A stretch of DNA of 64,000 bases, taken from the NCBI RefSeq assembly GCF_009914755.1, contig NC_060943.1, one strand, 5' to 3'. A program made the translations under genes and the position numbers. Under the pieces are notes generated by a model. The model made no database searches. It saw nothing but the letters and a program-made list of their open reading frames with translations, and was not told where the DNA came from. Within the stretch, counting starts at the first letter, position 1; each line of letters starts with the position of its first letter. The stretch comes from the human T2T-CHM13v2.0 reference genome, Homo sapiens. Shown here piece by piece: positions 50,101 to 62,000 of the stretch.

Positions 50101-52600
50101 CTTTGTGATGTGTGCGTTCAACTCACAGAGTTTAACCTTTCTTTTCATAGAGCAGTTAGGAAACACTCTGTTTGTAAAGTCTGCAAGTGGATATTCAGAC
50201 ATCCTTGAGGCTTTCGTTGGAAACGGGATTTCTTCATATTCTGCTAGAAAGAAGAATTCTCAGTAACTTCCTTGTGTTGTGTGTATTCAACTCACAGAGT
50301 TGAACGATCCTTTACACAGAGCAGACTTGAAACACTCTTTTTGTGGAACTTGCAAGTGGAGATTTCAGCCGCTTTGAGGTCAATGGTAGAATAGGAAATA
50401 TCTTCCTATAGAAACTAGACAGAATGATTCTCAGAAACTCCTTTGTGATGTGTGCGTTCAACTCACAGAGTTTAACCTTTCTTTTCATAGAGCAGTTGGG
50501 AAACACTCTGTTTGTAAAGTCTGCAAGTGGATATTCAGACATCCTTGAGGCTTTCGTTGGAAAAGGGATTTCTTCATATTCTGCTAGAAAGAAGAATTCT
50601 CAGTAACTTCCTTGTGTTGTGTGTTTTCAACTCACAGAGTTGAACGATCCTTTACACAGAGCAGACTTGAAACACTCCTTTTGTGGAATTTGCAAGTGGA
50701 GATTTCAGCCGCTTTGAGGTCAATGGTAGAATAGGAAATATCTTCCTATAGAAACTAGACAGAATGATTCTCAGAAACTCCTTTGTGATGTGTGCGTTCA
50801 ACTCACAGAGTTCAACCTTTCTTTTCATAGAGCAGTTGGGAAACACTCTGTTTGTAAAGTCTGCAAGTGGATATTCAGACTTCTTTGAGGCCTTCGTTGG
50901 AAGCGGGATTTCTTCATGTTCTGCTAGACAGAAGAATTCTCAGAAACTTCCTTGTGTTGTGTGTTTTCAACTCACAGAGTTGAACGATCCTTTACACAGA
51001 GCAGACTTGAAACACTCCTTTTGTGGAATTTGCAAGTGGAGATTTCAGCCGCTTTGAGGTCAATGGTAGAATAGGAAATATCTTCCTATAGAAACTAGAC
51101 AGAATGATTCTCATAACTCCTTTGTGATGTGTGCGTTCAACTCACAGAGTTCAACCTTTCTTTTCATAGAGCAGTTGGGAAACACTCTGTTTGTAAAGTC
51201 TGCAAGTGGATATTCAGTCTTCTTTGAGGCCTTCGTTGGAAGCGGGATTTCTTCATATTCTGCTAGACAGAAGAATTCTCAGTAACTGCCTTGTGTTGTG
51301 TGTATTCAACTCACAGAGTTGAACGATCCTTTACACAGAGCAGACTTGAAACACTCTTTTTGTGGAATTTGCAAGTGGAGATTTCAGCCGCTTTGAAGTC
51401 AATGGTAGAATAGGAAATATCTTCCTATAGAAACTAGACAGAATGATTCTCAGAAACTCCTTTGTGATGTGTGCGTTCAACTCACAGAGTTTAACCTTTC
51501 TTTTCATAGAGCAGTTAGGAAACACTCTGTTTGTAAAGTCTGCAAGTGGATATTCAGACATCCTTGAGGCTTTCGTTGGAAACGGGATTTCTTCATATTC
51601 TGCTAGAAAGAAGAATTCTCAGTAACTTCCTTGTGTTGTGTGTATTCAACTCACAGAGTTGAACGATCCTTTACACAGAGCAGACTTGAAACACTCTTTT
51701 TGTGGAATTTGCAAGTGGAGATTTCAGCCGCTTTGAGGTCAATGGTAGAATAGGAAATATCTTCCTATAGAAATTAGACAGAATGATTCTCAGAAACTCC
51801 TTTGTGATGTGTGCGTTCAACTCACACAGTTTAACCTTTCTTTTCATAGAGCAGTTGGGAAACACTCTGTTTGTAAAGTCTGCAAGTGGATATTCAGACA
51901 TCCTTGAGGCTTTCGTTGGAAACGGGATTTCTTCATATTCTGCTAGAAAGAAGAATTCTCAGTAACTTCCTTGTGTTGTGTGTATTCAACTCACAGAGTT
52001 GAACGATCCTTTACACAGAGCAGACTTGAAACACTCTTTTTGTGGAATTTGCAAGTGGAGATTTCAGCCGCTTTGAGGTCAATGGTAGAATAGGAAATAT
52101 CTTCCTATAGAAACTAGACAGAATGATTCTCAGAAACTCCTTTGTGATGTGTGCGTTCAACTCACACAGTTTAACCTTTCTTTTCATAGAGCAGTTAGGA
52201 AACACTCTGTTTGTAAAGTCTGCAAGTGGATATTCAGACCTCCTTGAGGCCTTCGTTGGAAACGGGATTTCTTCATATTATGCTAGACAGAAGAATTCTC
52301 AGGAACTTCCTTGTGTTGTGTGTATTCAACTCACAGAGTTGAACGATCCTTTACACAGAGCAGACTTGAAACACTCTTTTTGTGGAATTTGCAAGTGGAG
52401 ATTTCAGCCACTTTGAGTTCAATGGTAGAATAGGAAATATCTTCCTATAGAAAGTACACAGAATGATTCTTAGAAACTGCTTTGTGATGTGTGCGTTCAA
52501 CTCACAGAGTTCAACCTTTCTTTTCATAGAGCAGTTGGGAAACACTCTGTTTGTAAAGTCTGCAAGTGGATATTCAGACTTCTTTGAGGCCTTCGTTGGA
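37736..52600 (+). repeat. About three tandem copies of a 5095-5097-bp (15-dimer, 30-monomer) super-HOR
   Basis: AGCCACT 42220/47315/52410; 2-bp deletion after 43543/48638; AAAGGGA boxes 40362/45457/50552; 101-aa ORFs 42273/47368. Confidence 0.92.
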
Positions 52601-55600
52601 AGCGGGATTTCTTCATATTCTGCTAGACAGAAGAATTCTCAGTAACTTCCTTGTGTTGTGTGTATTCAACTTACAGAGTTGAACGATCCTTTACACAGAG
52701 CAGACTTGAAACACTCTTTTTGTGGAATTTGCAAGTGGAGATTTCAGCCGCTTTGAGGTCAATGGTAGAATAGGAAATATCTTCCTATAGAAACTAGACA
52801 GAATGATTCTCAGAAACTCCTTTGTGATGTGTGCGTTCAACTCACAGAGTTCAACCTTTCTTTTCATAGAGCAGTTGGGAAACACTCTGTTTGTAAAGTC
52901 TGCAAGTGGATATTCAGACTTCTTTGAGGCCTTCGTTGGAAGCGGGATTTCTTCATGTTCTGCTAGACAGAAGAATTCTCAGAAACTTCCTTGTGTTGTG
53001 TGTTTTCAACTCACAGAGTTGAACGATCCTTTACACAGAGCAGACTTGAAACACTCCTTTTGTGGAATTTGCAAGTGGAGATTTCAGCCGCTTTGAGGTC
53101 AATGGTAGAATAGGAAATATCTTCCTATAGAAAGTAGACAGAATGATTCTCAGAAACTCCTTTGTGATGTGTGCGTTCAACTCACAGAGTTTAACCTTTC
53201 TTTTCATAGAGCAGTTAGGAAACACTCTGTTTGTAAAGTCTGCAAATGGATATTCAGACCTCCTTGAGGCCTTCGTTGGAAACAGGATTTCTTCATATTC
53301 TGCTAGACAGAAGAATTCTCAGTAACTTCCTTGTGTTGTGTGTATTCAACTCACAGAGTTGAACGATCCTTTACACAGAGCAGACTTGAAACACTCTTTT
53401 TGTGGAATTTGCAATTGGAGATTTCAGCCGCTTTGAGTTCAATGGTAGAATAGGAAATATCTTCCTATAGAAACTAGACAGAATGATTCTCATAACTCCT
53501 TTGTGATGTGTGCGTTCAACTCACAGAGTTCAACCTTTCTTTTCATAGAGCAGTTGGGAAACACTCTGTTTGTAAAGTCTGCAAGTGGATATTCAGACTT
53601 CTTTGAGGCCTTCGTTGGAAGCGGGATTACATCATATTCTGCTAGACAGAAGAATTCTCAGTAACTGCCTTGTGTTGTGTGTATTCAACTCACAGAGTTG
53701 AACGATCCTTTACACAGAGCAGACTTGAAACACTCTTTTTGTGGAATTTGCAAGTGGAGATTTCAGCCGCTGTGAGGTCAATGGTAGAATAGGAAATATC
53801 TTCCTATAGAAACTAGACAGAATGATTCTCAGAAACTCCTTTGTGATGTGTGCGTTCAACTCACAGAGTTTAACCTTTCTTTTCATAGAGCAGTTAGGAA
53901 ACACTCTGTTTGTAAAGTCTGCAAGTGGATATTCAGACATCCTTGAGGCTTTCGTTGGAAACGGGATTTCTTCATATTCTGCTAGAAAGAAGAATTCTCA
54001 GTAACTTCCTTGTGTTGTGTGTATTCAACTCACAGAGTTGAACGATCCTTTACACAGAGCAGACTTGAAACACTCTTTTTGTGGAATTTGCAAGTGGAGA
54101 TTTCAGCCGCTTTGAGGTCAATGGTAGAATAGGAAATATCTTCCTATAGAAACTAGACAGAATGATTCTCAGAAACTCCTTTGTGATGTGTGCGTTCAAC
54201 TCACACAGTTTAACCTTTCTTTTCATAGAGCAGTTGGGAAACACTCTGTTTGTAAAGTCTGCAAGTGGATATTCAGACATCCTTGAGGCTTTCGTTGGAA
54301 ACGGGATTTCTTCATATTCTGCTAGAAAGAAGAATTCTCAGTAACTTCCTTGTGTTGTGTGTATTCAACTCACAGAGTTGAACGATCCTTTACACAGAGC
54401 AGACTTGAAACACTCTTTTTGTGGAATTTGCAAGTGGAGATTTCAGCCGCTTTGAGGTCAATGGTAGAATAGGAAATATCTTCCTATAGAAACTAGACAG
54501 AATGATTCTCAGAAACTCCTTTGTGATGTGTGCGTTCAACTCACACAGTTTAACCTTTCTTTTCATAGAGCAGTTAGGAAACACTCTGTTTGTAAAGTCT
54601 GCAAGTGGATATTCAGACCTCCTTGAGGCCTTCGTTGGAAACGGGATTTCTTCATATTATGCTAGACAGAAGAATTCTCAGGAACTTCCTTGTGTTGTGT
54701 GTATTCAACTCACAGAGTTGAACGATCCTTTACACAGAGCAGACTTGAAACACTCTTTTTGTGGAATTTGCAAGTGGAGATTTCAGCCGCTTTGAGTTCA
54801 ATGGTAGAATAGGAAATATCTTCCTATAGAAAGTACACAGAATGATTCTTAGAAACTGCTTTGTGATGTGTGCGTTCAACTCACAGAGTTCAACCTTTCT
54901 TTTCATAGAGCAGTTGGGAAACACTCTGTTTGTAAAGTCTGCAAGTGGATATTCAGACTTCTTTGAGGCCTTCGTTGGAAGCGGGATTTCTTCATATTCT
55001 GCTAGACAGAAGAATTCTCAGTAACTTCCTTGTGTTGTGTGTATTCAACTCACAGAGTTGAACGATCCTTTACACAGAGCAGACTTGAAACACTCTTTTT
55101 GTGGAATTTGCAAGTGGAGATTTCAGCCGCTTTGAGGTCAATGGTAGAATAGGAAATATCTTCCTATAGAAACTAGACAGAATGATTCTCAGAAACTCCT
55201 TTGTGATGTGTGCGTTCAACTCACAGAGTTCAACCTTTCTTTTCATAGAGCAGTTGGGAAACACTCTGTTTGTAAAGTCTGCAAGTGGATATTCAGACTT
55301 CTTTGAGGCCTTCGTTGGAAGCGGGATTTCTTCATGTTCTGCTAGACAGAAGAATTCTCAGAAACTTCCTTGTGTTGTGTGTTTTCAACTCACAGAGTTG
55401 AACGATCCTTTACACAGAGCAGACTTGAAACACTCCTTTTGTGGAATTTGCAAGTGGAGATTTCAGCCGCTTTGAGGTCAATGGTAGAATAGGAAATATC
55501 TTCCTATAGAAAGTAGACAGAATGATTCTCAGAAACTCCTTTGTGATGTGTGCGTTCAACTCACAGAGTTTAACCTTTCTTTTCATAGAGCAGTTAGGAA

Positions 55601-56081
55601 ACACTCTGTTTGTAAAGTCTGCAAATGGATATTCAGACCTCCTTGAGGCCTTCGTTGGAAACAGGATTTCTTCATATTCTGCTAGACAGAAGAATTCTCA
55701 GTAACTTCCTTGTGTTGTGTGTATTCAACTCACAGAGTTGAACGATCCTTTACACAGAGCAGACTTGAAACACTCTTTTTGTGGAATTTGCAATTGGAGA
55801 TTTCAGCCGCTTTGAGTTCAATGGTAGAATAGGAAATATCTTCCTATAGAAACTAGACAGAATGATTCTCATAACTCCTTTGTGATGTGTGCGTTCAACT
55901 CACAGAGTTCAACCTTTCTTTTCATAGAGCAGTTGGGAAACACTCTGTTTGTAAAGTCTGTAAGTGGATATTCAGACTTCTTTGAGGCCTTCGTTGGAAG
56001 CGGGATTTCTTCATATTCTGCTAGACAGAAGAATTCTCAGTAACTGCCTTGTGTTGTGTGTATTCAACTCACAGAGTTGAA
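51324..56081 (+). repeat. Tandem duplication with 2379-bp (7-dimer) period
   Basis: TGCAAATGG + ACAGGA dimers at ORFs 53143/55522; GCAATTGG + 1-bp deletion dimers at 53493/55872; 97-aa ORFs 52123/54502 and 52803/55182. Confidence 0.88.
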
Positions 56082-59000
56082 CGATCCTTTACACAGAGCA
56101 GACTTGAAACACTCTTTTTGTGGAATTTGCAAGTGGAGATTTCAGCCGCTGTGAGGTCAATGGTAGAATAGGAAATATCTTCCTATAGAAACTAGACAGA
56201 ATGATTCTCAGAAACTCCTTTGTGATGTGTGCGTTCAACTCACAGAGTTCAACATTTCTTTTCATAGAGCAGTTGGGAAACACTCTGTTTGTAAAGTCTG
56301 CAAGTGGATATTCAGACTTCTTTGAGGCCTTCGTTGGAAGCGGGATTTCTTCATATTCTGCTAGACAGAAGAATTCTCAGTAACTTCCTTGTGTTGTGTG
56401 TATTCAACTCACAGAGTTGAACGATCCTTTACACAGAGCAGACTTGAAACACTCTTTTTGTGGAATTTGCAAGTGGAGATTTCAGCCGCTTTGAGGTCAA
56501 TGGTAGAATAGGAAATATCTTCCTATAGAAACTAGACAGAATGATTCTCAGAAACTCCTTTGTGATGTGTGCGTTCAACTCACAGAGTTTAACCTTTCTT
56601 TTCATAGAGCAGTTAGGAAATACTCTGTTTGTAAAGTCTGCAAGTGGATATTCAGACATCCTTGAGGCTTTCGTTGGAAACGGGATTTCTTCATATTCTG
56701 CTAGAAAGAAGAATTCTCAGTAACTTCCTTGTGTTGTGTGTATTCAACTCACAGAGTTGAACGATCCTTTACACAGAGCAGACTTGAAACACTCTTTTTG
56801 TGGAATTTGCAAGTGGAGATTTCAGCCGCTTTGAGGTCAATGGTAGAATAGGAAATATCTTCCTATAGAAAGTAGACAGAATGATTCTCAGAAACTCCTT
56901 TGTGATGTGTGCGTTCAACTCACAGAGTTTAACCTTTCTTTTCATAGAGCAGTTAGGAAACACTCTGTTTGTAAAGTCTGCAAGTGGATATTCAGACCTC
57001 CTTGAGGCCTTCGTTGGAAACGGGATTTCTTCATATTATGCTAGACAGAGGAATTCTCAGTAACTTCCTTGTGTTGTGTGTATTCAACTCACAGAGTTGA
57101 ACGATCCTTTACACAGAGCAGACTTGAAACACTCTTTTTGTGGAATTTGCAAGTGGAGATTTCAGCCGCTTTGAGTTCAATGGTAGAATAGGAAATATCT
57201 TCCTATAGAAACTAGACAGAATGATTCTCAGAAACTCCTTTGTGATGTGTGCGTTCAACTCACAGAGTTCAACCTTTCTTTTCATAGAGCAGTTGGGAAA
57301 CACTCTGTTTGTAAAGTCTGCAAGTGGATATTCAGACTTCTTTGAGGCCTTCGTTGGAAGCGGGATTTCTTCATATTCTGCTAGACAGAAGAATTCTCAG
57401 TAACTGCCTTGTGTTGTGTGTATTCAACTCACAGAGTTGAACGATCCTTTACACAGAGCAGACTTGAAACACTCTTTTTGTGGAATTTGCAAGTGGAGAT
57501 TTCAGCCGCTTTGAGGTCAATGGTAGAATAGGAAATATCTTCCTATAGAAACTAGACAGAATGATTCTCAGAAACTCCTTTGTGATGTGTGCGTTCAACT
57601 CACAGAGTTTAACCTTTCTTTTCATAGAGCAGTTAGGAAACACTCTGTTTGTAAAGTCTGCAGGTGGATATTCAGACCTCCTTGAGGCCTTCGTTGGAAA
57701 CGGGATTTCTTCATATTATGCTAGACAGAAGAATTCTCAGTAACTTCCTTGTGTTGTGTGTATTCAACTCACAGAGTTGAACGATCCTTTACACAGAGCA
57801 GACTTGAAACACTCTTTTTGTGGAATTTGCAAGTGGAGATTTCAGCCGCTTTGAGGTCAATGGTAGAATAGGAAATATCTTCCTATAGAAACTAGACAGA
57901 ATGATTCTCAGAAACTCCTTTGTGATGTGTGCGTTCAACTCACAGAGTTTAACCTTTCTTTTCATAGAGCAGTTAGGAAACACTCTGTTTGTAAAGTCTG
58001 CAAGTGGATATTCAGACATCCTTGAGGCTTTCGTTGGAAACGGGATTTCTTCATATTCTGCCAGAAAGAAGAATTCTCAGTAACTTCCTTGTGTTGTGTG
58101 TATTCAACTCACAGAGTTGAACGATCCTTTACACAGAGCAGACTTGAAACACTCTTTTTGTGGAATTTGCAAGTGGAGATTTCAGCCGCTTTGAGGTCAA
58201 TGGTAGAATAGGAAATATCTTCCTATAGAAACTAGACAGAATGATTCTCATAACTCCTTTGTGATGTGTGCGTTCAACTCACAGAGTTTAACCTTTCTTT
58301 TCATAGAGCAGTTAGGAAACACTCTGTTTGTAAAGTCTGCAAGTGGATATTCAGACATCCTTGAGGCTTTCGTTGGAAACGGGATTTCTTCATATTCTGC
58401 TAGACAGAAGAATTCTCAGTAACTTCCTTGTGTTGTGTGTATTCAACTCACAGAGTTGAACGATCCTTTACACAGAGCAGACTTGAAACACTCTTTTTGT
58501 GGAATTTGCAAGTGGAGATTTCAGCCGCTTTGAGGTCAATGGTAGAATAGGAAATATCTTCCTATAGAAACTAGACAGAATGATTCTCAGAAACTCCTTT
58601 GTGATGTGTGCGTTCAACTCACAGAGTTTAACCTTTCTTTTCATAGAGCAGTTGGGAAACACTCTGTTTGTAAAGTCTGCAAGTGGATATTCAGACATCC
58701 TTGAGGCTTTCGTTGGAAACGGGATTTCTTCATATTCTGCTAGAAAGAAGAATTCTCAGTAACTTCCTTGTGTTGTGTGTATTCAACTCACAGAGTTGAA
58801 CGATCCTTTACACAGAGCAGACTTGAAACACTCTTTTTGTGGAATTTGCAAGTGGAGATTTCAGCCGCTTTGAGGTCAATGGTAGAATAGGAAATATCTT
58901 CCTATAGAAACTAGACAGAATGATTCTCAGAAACTCCTTTGTGATGTGTGCGTTCAACTCACACAGTTTAACCTTTCTTTTCATAGAGCAGTTAGGAAAC

Positions 59001-62000
59001 ACTCTGTTTGTAAAGTCTGCAAGTGGATATTCAGACCTCCTTGAGGCCTTCGTTGGAAACGGGATTTCTTCATATTATGCTAGACAGAAGAATTCTCAGG
59101 AACTTCCTTGTGTTGTGTGTATTCAACTCACAGAGTTGAACGATCCTTTACACAGAGCAGACTTGAAACACTCTTTTTGTGGAATTTGCAAGTGGAGATT
59201 TCAGCCGCTTTGTGTTCAATGGTAGAATAGGAAATATCTTCCTATAGATAGTACACAGAATGATTCTCAGAAACTGCTTTGTGATGTGTGCGTTCAACTC
59301 ACAGAGTTCAACCTTTCTTTTCATAGAGCAGTTGGGAAACACTCTGTTTGTAAAGTCTGCAAGTGGATATTCAGACTTCTTTGAGGCCTTCGTTGGAAGC
59401 GGGATTTCTTCATATTCTGCTAGACAGAAGAATTCTCAGTAACTTCCTTGTGTTGTGTGTATTCAACTCACAGAGTTGAACGATCCTTTACACAGAGCAG
59501 ACTTGAAACACTCTTTTTGTGGAATTTGCAAGTGGAGATTTCAGCCGCTTTGAGTTCAATGGTAGAATAGGAAATATCTTCCTATAGAAACTAGACAGAA
59601 TGATTCTCAGAAACTCCTTTGTGATGTGTGCGTTCAACTCACAGAGTTCAACCTTTCTTTTCATAGAGCAGTTGGGAAACACTCTGTTTGTAAAGTCTGC
59701 AAGTGGATATTCAGACTTCTTTGAGGCCTTCGTTGGAAGCGGGATTTCTTCATGTTCTGCTAGACAGAAGAATTCTCAGAAACTTCCTTGTGTTGTGTGT
59801 TTTCAACTCACAGAGTTGAACGATCCTTTACACAGAGCAGACTTGAAACACTCCTTTTGTGGAATTTGCAAGTGGAGATTTCAGCCGCTTTGAGGTCAAT
59901 GGTAGAATAGGAAATATCTTCCTATAGAAACTAGACAGAATGATTCTCAGAAACTCCTTTGTGATGTGTGCGTTCAACTCACAGAGTTTAACCTTTCTTT
60001 TCATAGAGCAGTTAGGAAACACTCTGTTTGTAAAGTCTGCAAGTGGATATTCAGACCTCCTTGAGGCCTTCGTTGGAAACAGGATTTCTTCATATTCTGC
60101 TAGACAGAAGAATTCTCAGTAACTTCCTTGTGTTGTGTGTATTCAACTCACAGAGTTGAATGATCCTTTACACAGAACAGTCTTGAAACACTCTTTTTGT
60201 GGAATTTGCAAGTGGAGATTTCAGCCGCTTTGAGGTCAATGGTAGAATAGGAAATATCTTCCTATAGAAACTAGACAGAATGATTCTCAGAAACTCCTTT
60301 GTGATGTGTGCGTTCAACTCACAGAGTTCAACCTTTCTTTTCATAGAGCAGTTAGGAAACACTCTGTTTGTAAAGTCTGCAAGTGGATATTCAGACTTCT
60401 TTGAGGCCTTCGTTGGAAGCGGGATTTCTTCATATTCTGCTAGACAGAAGAATTCTCAGTAACTGCCTTGTGTTGTGTGTATTCAACTCACAGAGTTGAA
60501 CGATCCTTTACACAGAGCAGACTTGAAACACTCTTTTTGTGGAATTTGCAAGTGGAGATTTCAGCCGCTGTGAGGTCAATGGTAGAATAGGAAATATCTT
60601 CCTATAGAAACTAGACAGAATGATTCTCAGAAACTCCTTTGTGATGTGTGCGTTCAACTCACAGAGTTCAACCTTTCTTTTCATAGAGCAGTTGGGAAAC
60701 ACTCTGTTTGTAAAGTCTGCAAGTGGATATTCAGACTTCTTTGAGGCCTTCGTTGGAAGCGGGATTTCTTCATATTCTGCTAGACAGAAGAATTCTCAGT
60801 AACTGCCTTGTGTTGTGTGTATTCAACTCACAGAGTTGAACGATCCTTTACACAGAGCAGACTTGAAACACTCTTTTTGTGGAATTTGCAAGTGGAGATT
60901 TCAGCCGCTTTGAGGTCAATGGTAGAATAGGAAATATCTTCCTATAGAAACTAGACAGAATGATTCTCAGAAACTCCTTTGTGATGTGTGCGTTCAACTC
61001 ACACAGTTTAACCTTTCTTTTCATAGAGCAGTTAGGAAACACTCTGTTTGTAAAGTCTGCAAGTGGATATTCAGACCTCCTTGAGGCCTTCGTTGGAAAC
61101 GGGATTTCTTCATATTATGCTAGACAGAAGAATTCTCAGGAACTTCCTTGTGTTGTGTGTATTCAACTCACAGAGTTGAACGATCCTTTACACAGAGCAG
61201 ACTTGAAACACTCTTTTTGTGGAATTTGCAAGTGGAGATTTCAGCCGCTTTGAGTTCAATGGTAGAATAGGAAATATCTTCCTATAGAAAGTACACAGAA
61301 TGATTCTCAGAAACTGCTTTGTGATGTGTGCGTTCAACTCACAGAGTTCAACCTTTCTTTTCATAGAGCAGTTGGGAAACACTCTGTTTGTAAAGTCTGC
61401 AAGTGGATATTCAGACTTCTTTGAGGCCTTCGTTGGAAGCGGGATTTCTTCATATTCTGCTAGACAGAAGAATTCTCAGTAACTTCCTTGTGTTGTGTGT
61501 ATTCAACTCACAGAGTTGAACGATCCTTTACACAGAGCAGACTTGAAACACTCTTTTTGTGGAATTTGCAAGTGGAGATTTCAGCCGCTTTGAGTTCAAT
61601 GGTAGAATAGGAAATATCTTCCTATAGAAACTAGACAGAATGATTCTCAGAAACTCCTTTGTGATGTGTGCGTTCAACTCACAGAGTTCAACCTTTCTTT
61701 TCATAGAGCAGTTGGGAAACACTCTGTTTGTAAAGTCTGCAAGTGGATATTCAGACTTCTTTGTGGCCTTCGTTGGAAGCGGGATTTCTTCATATTCTGC
61801 TAGACAGAAGAATTCTCAGTAACTGCCTTGTGTTGTGTGTATTCAACTCACAGAGTTGAACGATCCTTTACACAGAGCAGACTTGAAACACTCTTTTTGT
61901 GGAATTTGCAAGTGGAGATTTCAGCCGCTTTGAGGTCAATGGTAGAATAGGAAATATCTTCCTATAGAAACTAGACAGAATGATTCTCAGAAACTCCTTT

